A stretch of 64,000 nucleotides of DNA from Nitrospirota bacterium (GTDB lineage: Bacteria > Nitrospirota > Nitrospiria > Nitrospirales > Nitrospiraceae): NCBI GenBank assembly GCA_030645475.1, contig JAUSMA010000032.1, positions 5,515 to 69,514 of the forward strand. The letters are read 5' to 3'. Under the pieces are notes generated by a model. That model ran no database searches. It saw only the letters and a list, made by a program, of their open reading frames with translations, and was not told the DNA's origin. This document shows, one piece after another, positions 37,974 through 47,167 of the stretch. Made by a program: the position numbers and the translations under genes. How positions within the stretch are numbered: position 1 is the first letter of the stretch; each line of letters opens with the position of its first letter.

Positions 37974-38873
37974 ATGCCGGAAGAGCGACTTGTCAACTAC
38001 TACACATTGCTGGAACTGCTCCCCACCGCAACGGAGACGGAGATCAAGAAGGCATGGCTTGAACAGATCCAGGTCTGGCATCCGGATCGATTTGGCCATG
38101 CGCCGGCCTTACATCGGAAAGCGGAAGCCAGAACCCAACTGATCAACCAGGCCTATCAAACGCTCAGCGATCAGGCCGCACGCGCCAACTACGATGCCAA
38201 GACGCAAGCCTCGGCCTCCCAAAAGCCGGCAACACGCCCCGCTCCAACGGCAAGCTCCTCTTCCGGATCGTACAGCTCTACCCCACCACGCGCGCAACAG
38301 ACCTCACGATCCGACCAAGGTCCACGCGGGCCACAATCACTGATCATGCTGCTGTCTCAGCAAGGTCAACCGAAACTCATGGTGCCGGCCATTCATCTCT
38401 ACGTCGACCCTCGCGAGTTCCAGCCCTACGACTTTCATGGCTTCGTGCGTATCGCCGGAACCATGCGAGAGACCTTACCAGTCAGCGGCTATGCCATTGC
38501 TGAAGTCCCAGAACTGCTCTGCATCAAACGCATCGGCGTCGAAGAACTCTATACCGTCTTCTCCAACCCTTCGCACAACCGCACACCGTTTCTCCGTGAG
38601 CTCGAACAGGTCCTCGCCTTCCCAGCTCGCTTCCTCGTCATCGAAGGCATGCTCCAGCATCGCAAAGCCGGAGGGCGACTCAACCAATACCATAAGATTG
38701 GGTTGATGGATTTTCTGGACGCCCTCACCGCCAGGTATGGCATCCAGGTGATCTACACGGACACACGGGAGGAGGCGGAAGAACGTATTGCCAACCTCGC
38801 AGCCACACACTATGCTTATTATTTTGCCGAGCAGCAGGGATTCGGACGGTGCCTGAAAGAAGAAGAGCTCTAG
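37974..38873 (+). CDS. J-domain protein fused to an ERCC4/restriction-endonuclease-like C-terminal domain with a degenerate catalytic motif
   Basis: AGGAG RBS. J domain with HPD (WHPDRF, nt 38079-38087). S/P/Q/A-rich linker. The C-terminal 150 aa carry, in ERCC4 order, VDPRE...SGYAI...CIKRIGVEEL...RFLVIEG. Confidence 0.6.
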   Translation: MPEERLVNYYTLLELLPTATETEIKKAWLEQIQVWHPDRFGHAPALHRKAEARTQLINQAYQTLSDQAARANYDAKTQASASQKPATRPAPTASSSSGSYSSTPPRAQQTSRSDQGPRGPQSLIMLLSQQGQPKLMVPAIHLYVDPREFQPYDFHGFVRIAGTMRETLPVSGYAIAEVPELLCIKRIGVEELYTVFSNPSHNRTPFLRELEQVLAFPARFLVIEGMLQHRKAGGRLNQYHKIGLMDFLDALTARYGIQVIYTDTREEAEERIANLAATHYAYYFAEQQGFGRCLKEEEL

Positions 38874-38883
38874 GAGCGAGATT

Positions 38884-38992
38884 GAAGAGCACATAGCATA
38901 TGGCGTATGGCCGATAGCCGGGGCAAGACAGGCAGAATTTTCTTTGTTTTGCTATAAGCCATACGCCATTCGCTATCAGCTCTTCGCCTCGA
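38884..38992. repeat. Inverted pair of heptamer arrays forming an imperfect ~35-bp hairpin (possible bidirectional terminator)
   Basis: Left array, 38884-38918: gaagagc acatagc atatggc gtatggc cgatagc. Right array, 38951-38992: gctataa gccatac gccattc gctatca gctcttc gcctcga. 29 of 35 positions are complementary. The right arm overlaps the trmL stop. Confidence 0.8.
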
Positions 38993-39446
38993 TTCCAAAT
39001 CCCACCTGCCGCCAGGCTTCGTACACCACGACCGCCACTGCATTGGAAAGGTTGAGGCTCCGGTTCCCTGGAACCATCGGTACGCGGATACGCTGATCCT
39101 CGACAACCGAACCGAGAATCTCAGCCGGTAGCCCGCGGCTTTCCGGACCGAAGACAAAGGCATCGCCGGCGCGAAAGGCAACCAAGTCATACTGCTGCGT
39201 ACCCTTGGTCGAAACCGCAAATAAGCGGCATGTCTTCAATTGCTCGACACAGTCCGCCCAGTTTTCATGAACCGTAAGCGTGGCAAATTCGTGATAGTCC
39301 AGCCCCGCTCGCAATAATTGCTTATCCTCCAGGGTAAAACCCAGCGGCCTCACGAGATGCAGCCTCGCGCCCGTATTGGCACAGAGCCGGATGATGTTAC
39401 CGGTGTTCGGGGGAATTTCCGGTTGATAGAGAATAACGTCAAACAT
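38976..39446 (-). CDS. trmL: tRNA (cytidine/uridine-2'-O)-methyltransferase TrmL
   Basis: ATG at 39446 (MFDVILYQPEIPPNTGNIIRLCANTGARLHLV). The 156-aa SpoU-only architecture is typical of TrmL/YibK. Confidence 0.85.
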   Translation of the reverse strand: MFDVILYQPEIPPNTGNIIRLCANTGARLHLVRPLGFTLEDKQLLRAGLDYHEFATLTVHENWADCVEQLKTCRLFAVSTKGTQQYDLVAFRAGDAFVFGPESRGLPAEILGSVVEDQRIRVPMVPGNRSLNLSNAVAVVVYEAWRQVGFGIEAKS

Positions 39447-39590
39447 GGGGCCAGAGTGTAGCACGGCCACAGAGATTGTCACGATGCCGGATCACCGAGC
39501 GACGAAAGACAGACTCCAGGGCACAGTCACTTTTACCCTCATATTTTTTCTTGGTATAGTACTGATCGACTAAGAGACCTCTCCACATTC

Positions 39591-41354
39591 ATGGATAGAT
39601 CGTTGCCATCCCACATGCACAAGACTGACATCCAGCCAGGATCTCACCCCGTCGCAACACTCCTTGCAATGCCGCTGGCGCTAGCATTGACGACGAGCTC
39701 ATTGTTGTTTGCTGAGGATTTTCCACCGTCGTCGGAGCAGCAGATCGCCGAACACGCGAGAACGGTGTGGGAAGGTGGCACGACGAGCGCGGCACTCGAG
39801 ATCCTCGACCGGGGCATTCACGAACACCCTGCCGCGCTCACGCTCCGAAAATTACGCGGTGATATCCTCGCCACATCTCGAGGCCCACAGGAAGCGGTTG
39901 AAGCCTATGAGACCGTCCTCGCCAAGACACCGACCGCATTGGATGTCCGATGGGCCAAGTGGAGCATCTTGACGCGGTCAGGGCAGAGTGAGGAGTCCAT
40001 CGCCGAATTAATACGCATTGCAGAAGTCGACGTGCTGAATCCTTTGGTCCATTTGCGGCTCGCACAAGAACTCCGGAAGCTGGATCGCCTTGAGCAATCG
40101 CTCGAATCGTATAAGAAAGCCGTGGCACTCGTTCCCGATATGCTCGGCTGGCGTTTGACGTTGGCCCGCGCGCGGTTTGACGTATTGGACTATGACGGCG
40201 CAGAGGCGGACGTGCAATATGTGCTGCACAAGGTCCCTCCCGGTTCTCCGCTCGAGCTCCCGGCCAGGAATCTGCTCTCACAAATCCGTGGCACCTCCAT
40301 CGATCGAGGCCGCCGTTTCGATCCGGTGCTTACCAAAGACATGACCGGCGCCCAGCGCAAGGAATGGGCTTCTATCCGCGCAGAGGCATGGAGACTCTTT
40401 TCGACAGGCCAATTTCAGGAGGCCGAGCCGATCTACCGAAGGCTGCTCGCCCTGAATCCCAACGATCCCTTAGCCAATCATCAACTCGGCCTGACTCTGA
40501 TGCAGCTTGGCCGGTGCAAGGATGCGCTGACGGTATTTGGAAAGGTCTCCAACCTCGATCCCAGCGAAGAAGACTATGTGGATACGGTCTTTCGAATGGG
40601 TCAATGTCTCGTCGAGCTGGAGCAATGGGAAAATGCATTCGTCCATTTTCAGACTCTTTACGACGCAGCCATCGAGTTTGAACAGGCCAACAAGAACGTG
40701 CAGCTTCCAGCGGACACCCGTGTCCTCGATAAGAAAAAAATTTCCCGGTGGCTCGAGAAGGTGCGGCCCCATGTTCCGGAGTTGGCCAAGCTGGCGGATC
40801 ACGAAGCGGCAGACCGCGCCGTAGCCGTGGAGCCTGCACCTTCCACCGTCTCTCCGGAGGAAGAACTCTATGCGAGAGCCGCCGCACGATTTCAACCGCA
40901 ACAACCGCTGGACACCGGGGGGTCGCTCATGGGGAGAGATGCCGACTTCAGTTGGTTTCGCTTCGTCATCCCGGCCGGGAAAATCGTGCGGGACGATTTT
41001 CCCACCGGCGCTCATGAGTTTATTCCGCTGAGCCCTGGCGATAGCTTTCCCACCACACAACAAGACATCTACCTGGTGTTTGGGCTGGTCTCGGCTTCAT
41101 TCGATGCCGTGCCTCTCACCGCACGCTGTGTGGCGGAAACATCCGAGATGACGGAAACTCAACGCGCCCTCGCACAAGACCGTGTCATGACGACCATGAA
41201 CGACCAATCCGGCTATTTCATGTTGCCCCCGCCAAAAACAGGATGGACCGCGGGCCTCTACCACTGTGGGTTATTCACGGGAGAACGGACGACCGCCGAT
41301 ACCCTGGTGGATGAAGTGCGGTTCCGTATCGTGGCCTTGGCCCCACCATTGTGA
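39591..41354 (+). CDS. Secreted TPR-repeat protein with a C-terminal domain of unknown function
   Basis: Signal-like N-terminus (ALALTTSSLLFA). Several TPR units. The last ~170 aa match no family I recognise. Confidence 0.65.
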   Translation: MDRSLPSHMHKTDIQPGSHPVATLLAMPLALALTTSSLLFAEDFPPSSEQQIAEHARTVWEGGTTSAALEILDRGIHEHPAALTLRKLRGDILATSRGPQEAVEAYETVLAKTPTALDVRWAKWSILTRSGQSEESIAELIRIAEVDVLNPLVHLRLAQELRKLDRLEQSLESYKKAVALVPDMLGWRLTLARARFDVLDYDGAEADVQYVLHKVPPGSPLELPARNLLSQIRGTSIDRGRRFDPVLTKDMTGAQRKEWASIRAEAWRLFSTGQFQEAEPIYRRLLALNPNDPLANHQLGLTLMQLGRCKDALTVFGKVSNLDPSEEDYVDTVFRMGQCLVELEQWENAFVHFQTLYDAAIEFEQANKNVQLPADTRVLDKKKISRWLEKVRPHVPELAKLADHEAADRAVAVEPAPSTVSPEEELYARAAARFQPQQPLDTGGSLMGRDADFSWFRFVIPAGKIVRDDFPTGAHEFIPLSPGDSFPTTQQDIYLVFGLVSASFDAVPLTARCVAETSEMTETQRALAQDRVMTTMNDQSGYFMLPPPKTGWTAGLYHCGLFTGERTTADTLVDEVRFRIVALAPPL

Positions 41355-41423
41355 GACCCACGGCCGCACGGATGCGCAGGCAGAAACCCTACGTCCGGCA
41401 TGCAGGAGCCCCACGACATCGCG

Positions 41424-42359
41424 TTACGGTGTGAGTTGCTGCAGTTGAAGCGTGATTCGGCTGCGGAGGTCTGACTGATCGCGTGTCTGGGGCAAGAGGA
41501 CAAGAGCCTGCTGGTAGGCGGCCGCGGCAGCGGTTGTCTCTCCACCCGCCAAGAGGGTCTCGGCATACTCGATATGCAACGCCGGGTCCGCGGTCTGCAA
41601 ACCGATCGCGGCTCGATACTCGGCAATGGCTCCAGGCAGGTCGCCTTGTTGTTTGAGCGCCACAGCCAGGTTTCGGCGGGCCCGTACATAGCCAGGTTCG
41701 CCGGCCAATGCGGTCCGATACTCCGCGATGGCCTGCGCGATGTCACCACCGGCGTAATAAATATTGCCCAGACTCGTGTGCGCGCCGCTATGGCGAGGGT
41801 TCTGTTTCACGACGAGTTCCAGGTGACGCTTGGCCCATAGGTCATCGCCGGTCTTGCGAAACGCTAATGCGATATTGAAACGGGCAAGCAGATGTTCAGG
41901 ATTGGATCGTAACACCGCACTGAACGCACGAATAGCGCCGTCGTGTTCGCCACGTTGCCCGTACAGAACACCCAACCGAAATTGACCGTTGATATGGTTC
42001 GGAACAAGTTCGGCGACCGTTTCGAATTCTGCGAGGGCCCCATCCACATCGTAGGCCTCTTCGAGAGCCACCCCCAAGAGGTAATGGGCCTCGGCATGAC
42101 GGGGCTGAAGCGCGATGGCCCGGCGAAATGCCTCGATCCCGGCGCGGAGATCGCCACTGGCCCTCAATGCCTGCCCCTTGCGAAGCCACGACAACGTCAT
42201 GTCCTGTGGCGTCTGGTTAGTCAGCGGAGCGGGTGGTTGAGCGACAAGGAGACTCTTCTCATGCGCATCGACGAGGGAGGGGCAGGAGAGTCCCGCTATC
42301 AAATAGGCACCAAGAAAACAGACCCCGGATAAACGCCGCAGCACAGGTCTCTGCCCCAT
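41424..42359 (-). CDS. Secreted TPR-repeat protein
   Basis: Signal peptide ending in LVDA, then about 7 canonical TPR units (AxxxLGxxYxxxGxxxxAIxxY). Confidence 0.75.
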   Translation of the reverse strand: MGQRPVLRRLSGVCFLGAYLIAGLSCPSLVDAHEKSLLVAQPPAPLTNQTPQDMTLSWLRKGQALRASGDLRAGIEAFRRAIALQPRHAEAHYLLGVALEEAYDVDGALAEFETVAELVPNHINGQFRLGVLYGQRGEHDGAIRAFSAVLRSNPEHLLARFNIALAFRKTGDDLWAKRHLELVVKQNPRHSGAHTSLGNIYYAGGDIAQAIAEYRTALAGEPGYVRARRNLAVALKQQGDLPGAIAEYRAAIGLQTADPALHIEYAETLLAGGETTAAAAAYQQALVLLPQTRDQSDLRSRITLQLQQLTP

Positions 42360-42363
42360 ACCG

Positions 42364-43056
42364 TTACTTCGGGGTAATCATGATTTCGACACGCCGGTTT
42401 CGCCGTCGCCCCTCCTCGGAGTCGTTGCTACTGATGGGACGGCTCTCGCCAAACCACTCCAGCCGCAGGCTCTCAGGGGCCACACCGTTGCTCCGGAGTA
42501 TCTGCGAGGCGTTCGCCGCTCTGGCCTGAGACAGCGCCATGTTGTCAGAAAATTTTGAGCGGAGGCGCTCGCGGATAGACGCATTGTCCGTATAACCCTG
42601 GATGACGATTTCAAGCCCCTTTTCCCCAGCTAAAATACGGCCGAGCCTGCTCAGCACATTGACCCCGTCAGCTTTGATCTGATCGTCTCCCGAGTCGAAG
42701 AGCACACGATCGGTCAATCGAATGCGGATAAACTCACGCGATGCCGCGCCTGGTACGGGCGTACCGACGGCTGCGGCAGATGAAGACAACCCCACGCCAT
42801 CGGAGTTGGTGCCCGCCTGGTCGGTCGTGACAGAAGGACTTGCCAGAGTGACCTCACCACGTTCGACGGAAATATTGCCGCTGTCGATTTCCGGTTTGAG
42901 CCGCCCGTAAATTTCCTCCCACATGGTCGTGAACTGCTTGCCATGACTGCCAGACGGGGCGGTTGACGGAGCGGCACAGCCGACAACAAAGAGTACGGAG
43001 CCCATGAGGAGCGCCATACGACCAATGTGAGCATATCGTATCATCATAGAATTCAT
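42364..43056 (-). CDS. OmpA/MotB-domain lipoprotein
   Basis: Lipobox FVVGC. C-terminal OmpA-like domain (GYTDN...LSQARAANA...NRRVEI). The exact start among several Met codons is uncertain. Confidence 0.8.
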   Translation of the reverse strand: MNSMMIRYAHIGRMALLMGSVLFVVGCAAPSTAPSGSHGKQFTTMWEEIYGRLKPEIDSGNISVERGEVTLASPSVTTDQAGTNSDGVGLSSSAAAVGTPVPGAASREFIRIRLTDRVLFDSGDDQIKADGVNVLSRLGRILAGEKGLEIVIQGYTDNASIRERLRSKFSDNMALSQARAANASQILRSNGVAPESLRLEWFGESRPISSNDSEEGRRRNRRVEIMITPK

Positions 43057-43122
43057 CCTCGATCATTAAAGAAAGGACCCCAGGAGACTACCTCAGTTCA
43101 AGGAAGAAGAAAAGGGGATCGG

Positions 43123-43533
43123 TCATGTTTTGACCTTCGATCGGAACAACTGGTCCTCCGATCGTGCCAGCCATTTCAACAAATCGTCATACCCCTGGTC
43201 GGTAATCCCCTCAACCCGCCAGCCAGTAGATGCTCTATGCGAATAAGTATCCGCCGCTCTGACAACGGCTTCCAGAAACCACAGATCCTCCCAGGACACC
43301 TTCATGGTGAACCCAAGATGTTCGTGACATCCTTCAGATTCAAACTCGACCCCTTCGACACACCATTCCAACTCCTTCAACTTTTCGAGTGAAATGCGGT
43401 ACATGTCCGGATCGATACAATGATGGAGGGCCTTGACGTACAGCACGATGTCATGGAGCCGTTGATGCCGTTCAGCACTCACAACCAACTCAGCCGGCTG
43501 AGGAGGGTTCGAGTTGTTCTTGCCCTCGGTCAT
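43123..43533 (-). CDS. Hypothetical protein (136 aa)
   Basis: ATG at 43533 with GGAGGTG upstream. I recognise no family. Confidence 0.5.
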   Translation of the reverse strand: MTEGKNNSNPPQPAELVVSAERHQRLHDIVLYVKALHHCIDPDMYRISLEKLKELEWCVEGVEFESEGCHEHLGFTMKVSWEDLWFLEAVVRAADTYSHRASTGWRVEGITDQGYDDLLKWLARSEDQLFRSKVKT

Positions 43534-43710
43534 CGATTCACCTCCAAACCTCCTCACGGCTACAGCGGCATTACGCAGTTACTTCCCGCGCAATACTATC
43601 CGGCCTCGACATGCAGCCACAACGTCGACTCGCTAGGGCTTACCATGAAATGGTGCGCCGTGAGATTCTAGTGCGGAAACAGGTACGGTCTCGATGAAAG
43701 GCCCCGCATA

Positions 43711-44655
43711 CTAACGGTATCTAACGCTGTAATGCCCTGAGAATATTTCGTCAGGAGCCAGCCGTTTCAAGCCCCATTCGGGGTGATTGAAGGCATCCGT
43801 GGCGCACGTCATCGGTTCGATGGCACAGGCACGCCGCGGAGCCTCGGCAATGGCATCGCCGGTGTAGACCACGACAGCCGAAAACGAGCGATCCATGACG
43901 ATCTCAATGACGCGACCGTTTTCCCCATGGCGCAGGGAGACCGTGGCCATTCCCTCCGCATCGCGTTCGAGATGGACATAACAATGATTGAACCGGCGAT
44001 TGCCGATCGGGCGATAGTTACGATAATCCCATTCTGTTCCCGCCGCAGAAACGATGGTGCCGGTCGGTGCGAGCCGTTCATTAAATTCCAGATACCCTGC
44101 ACCAGGAATCTTCGCTTCGGCCTCATCGATACGCGACGTGCCTACGGTAAAATAGGGGTGAAACCCGACCCCGATAGGCGCCGCCTGACGCCCCACGTTC
44201 TGCACGACAAATGTACAAGACAAACCCTGACAATCCAACGTATAGGTGACACGAATGTTGAGTGAAAATGGGTAGCCTCGACGGCCATACGACTCAGCAT
44301 CAAGGCAGATTTCGAAGGAGGCGCAGCCCAACTCAACCTGGGTCGTCTTCCACGGCAGGGTCCGGACAAACCCGTGGATCGCATTCGGCCCTTCTTTGTC
44401 GTTCCTATCGAGTTGCAACGCCTGTCCGTCGAAGGAATAGCGTCCCTCAGCGACGCGCCCAGGAAATGGGATTAATACATCTCCCTGACCGCCCTTCTTG
44501 TTCCTACCGCCTGAATAGCCCCAGAGAATGTCGGTCTCGCCCCCGTCGGCTTCCACCGTAAAGTACCGCCGCAATGAAGCACCCCAGGGCGACAGCACGG
44601 CTCGCTGATTATCGAAAGACAGGGAGATTTCACTATCAGGCGTGGGGTCGATCAT
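43711..44655 (-). CDS. Aldose 1-epimerase (galactose mutarotase-like) family protein
   Basis: Family motifs IHGFVRTLPW, GFHPYF and a C-terminal E...CATDAFN. Confidence 0.8.
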   Translation of the reverse strand: MIDPTPDSEISLSFDNQRAVLSPWGASLRRYFTVEADGGETDILWGYSGGRNKKGGQGDVLIPFPGRVAEGRYSFDGQALQLDRNDKEGPNAIHGFVRTLPWKTTQVELGCASFEICLDAESYGRRGYPFSLNIRVTYTLDCQGLSCTFVVQNVGRQAAPIGVGFHPYFTVGTSRIDEAEAKIPGAGYLEFNERLAPTGTIVSAAGTEWDYRNYRPIGNRRFNHCYVHLERDAEGMATVSLRHGENGRVIEIVMDRSFSAVVVYTGDAIAEAPRRACAIEPMTCATDAFNHPEWGLKRLAPDEIFSGHYSVRYR

Positions 44656-45032
44656 CGTAAAGCCAAACTACGCATTCTATTCGGCAACTGGCATGGGAAA
44701 TAAGTATACCATCCCAGGAACACGGAACCTCATGACAATCTGAGCGCTCAATGATGAACAAAGAACGGCTCTTCTAGCTCGCGAAATGTTTCACAGGATT
44801 AGAGAAAGACAAACCAAACAGGGTAAATGGCTTGTATGGCTAACATACGGCGTGAGAGGTAGGCTTTCAGTGAGAGAGGCGTGCCGCTTCACAAACCATC
44901 AGGACAGAACACGCCGGCCGGCAAGCGGGGCTACCCTGCTACCCCACAAATGGTCTTTCCTGCCCCGGATGTAACAGCCTCTCGAAAGTGTACAGATGAC
45001 GTACGGGGGGAACATGCTTCCAACCAAGGCGA

Positions 45033-46319
45033 CTACCGTGAGAACTCAGCATCCATCCATGCGATACGATCCCTCAACCAATCTTTCATGTAGGCTACTT
45101 CACCGGCATACGTACCCGGCGCTATGGGACTAGGCCATACAAAAATCCTCAGAATATCCCAGGTCTCAAAATTCCTCTCCTGCACTTTACTCAAATAGAG
45201 TGATTGACGATCGATATAGGTGAACACGTCATTAAGCTGTCCCGTGGCTTTAAGTTGCGCCCATTTCACCTTGACCTGCGCCTCAAAGGCCGGATCTTGA
45301 AACATCCGATCGAACCATGGGGCTCCCCGAATGCGCCAACCATTTGTCTCTGCGCCACGGCCCTCGGCATTTCCAATGGCAATATCAAAATCCCACACCG
45401 GGCCAAAGGTCAACTTACCATCACGCTTTTTATATAAAAATGTACTGCGACGAAGATCTCCGTCAACATTCTTGACCAGTTCATTAATCAAGTAATAGTT
45501 GATCGCCGAGTCCACGTCGAGATAGGCCGCATACCCTACGACAGGATCGGAAAAATCTGCAGAAAAGATTGCGTCCTCAGTCTGTGCAATATACGTCTCA
45601 ATGTAGGCGCGCTTATCTTCCCAGCCAGCCTCGAGAAGCTTCTCCGGATTCTTCAGGCAAAACGTCATCCCAGACCTTGACGAGTCAAAGCAAAACGCTT
45701 CACCCCGCGTTGCATCAACCTCAATCAAATAACCACCTGTAATGAGATTGGCAGCCGTATCCCCGGCTTTCAGTTCCGGAATATTGACCCGATCAGGAGC
45801 GATCCGGACATGTTCAGTCAACTGATACACACCTAGGTAGACCCCATTTACTTCCACATCCACGAATTTCGACCTCGGAGTGTACTCCATCCTCACTGAG
45901 CGGCTGAGTTGAAAGGTGATATCGTTTCGAAACAGTGTCTTATCCACATAGTTAGCCAGCAACACCCAATGCCTGTTCGCAGGCATTCCGAGTAAAGAGC
46001 TGCTCGTGGCTAACTTAATGTGATACGGTTTTTTAGGCAGACCCCAGGTAAAGTTGCCACGACCTTTTATCTCCATGGCTCCCGAAAGCAGTACCTGACC
46101 ATGCTCATCTCTCAAGATATAGCTGCCTGGCAGATACACCTCTTTGGACGTGACATCGGCACCACTGTCTGTCGAGAGTCTCAGCAGAGGAAGCGCCTGA
46201 GCCACTTCACCAGCCGTAGCTTTCTGCGACGTGCTCGCACTTGTCCCATCGCCACCCGAGCCACATCCGGCGAGCAAAGCAACCATCAGCATCGCCCAAT
46301 AGGCACCCATACGACTCAT
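45033..46319 (-). CDS. CotH-family (atypical kinase fold) lipoprotein
   Basis: Lipobox LLAGC. KKPYHIKL, NRHWVLLANYVDKTLFRN, YLGVYQLTEHV, VWDFDIA and a C-terminal YMKDWLRDRIAWMD resemble CotH. The gene is visibly lower in GC than its flanks. Confidence 0.65.
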   Translation of the reverse strand: MSRMGAYWAMLMVALLAGCGSGGDGTSASTSQKATAGEVAQALPLLRLSTDSGADVTSKEVYLPGSYILRDEHGQVLLSGAMEIKGRGNFTWGLPKKPYHIKLATSSSLLGMPANRHWVLLANYVDKTLFRNDITFQLSRSVRMEYTPRSKFVDVEVNGVYLGVYQLTEHVRIAPDRVNIPELKAGDTAANLITGGYLIEVDATRGEAFCFDSSRSGMTFCLKNPEKLLEAGWEDKRAYIETYIAQTEDAIFSADFSDPVVGYAAYLDVDSAINYYLINELVKNVDGDLRRSTFLYKKRDGKLTFGPVWDFDIAIGNAEGRGAETNGWRIRGAPWFDRMFQDPAFEAQVKVKWAQLKATGQLNDVFTYIDRQSLYLSKVQERNFETWDILRIFVWPSPIAPGTYAGEVAYMKDWLRDRIAWMDAEFSR

Positions 46320-46650
46320 TTCTTCGACCTTCTAAGTCCGGCGCTCACATTGTGATGCCGAAACGACAGAAACGTTGCGCTAGTGGATCGATTGACGGAG
46401 ACATACGCCCTCAGACCTGACCAAAACCATTGTCTACGGCGAACCGGCGTCAGGATATAATCACTTTCCAGATTCAGCAATACCGCGAATGAGGGATGCC
46501 TATCGGGCCGCTTCGGCGGAAAGCGATGAGGTTCAGATGGCTTAGAGAATAGCCGTCCTTTGATGGACAGAAGTGGAAGAATGCCATGACTGGATCGAAA
46601 GAGCTGAAATGACACGAGAGACTGAGAATACTTCACGCACGACCTGACAT

Positions 46651-46923
46651 TTAGCTATTCCGACTGAGCAGTTCAGGAAATTCTCTTTTCCCGGAATGGG
46701 TCTTCAAAAATTTGATGAGTTCAGTTCGCAGCATGCTATTCAGCCGTTGCCTTGCTTCCAGGGGCAGACGAAGAAACTCCACCCAGAACTCATGACCCTT
46801 GCCCCATTTAATCTTGCCAAGCTCAACGGACAGATCCTGCGAATGCTTGGGAAGCAGCACATTCACACAGAAATCATTACCGAAGAGGGTCTTTCGATCG
46901 GACATGACGGAACACCCCATCAA
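46651..46923 (-). CDS. Degenerate PilZ-like small protein
   Basis: FCVNVLLP...LSVELGKIKWGKGHEFWVEFLRLPLEARQRL aligns with the C-terminal half of the PilZ protein at 48925..49278. The RxxxR and DxSxxG motifs are absent. Confidence 0.4.
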   Translation of the reverse strand: MMGCSVMSDRKTLFGNDFCVNVLLPKHSQDLSVELGKIKWGKGHEFWVEFLRLPLEARQRLNSMLRTELIKFLKTHSGKREFPELLSRNS

Positions 46924-47167
46924 CGACAGGTTGGCCAGGATATCCCTGGCGACGAATGGGGCTCCTCCGAGAGGAATGAGGTGACGCTATCACACTGATC
47001 TGTCTGGCTGATCTGGTTGTTGTTTGAGCCAAAGGAACAAGATTGAGTACATCGTAGGAGGACGGCCTTCCCCCGCATTCTGCTGGGCACCATCCCTTTG
47101 ACCATTGCCCCGATATTCGTATACCCTCACTGCATCAGACCCTGAGGAACACAGACCCAACCTCATC

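Noticed and set aside
46316-46636. 106-aa minus-strand ORF upstream of the CotH gene
   Set aside because: It has no SD, its composition is basic and Ser/Phe/Arg-rich, and it overlaps the cotH start. It is probably non-coding, although the 330-bp spacer itself is worth checking by RNA-seq.
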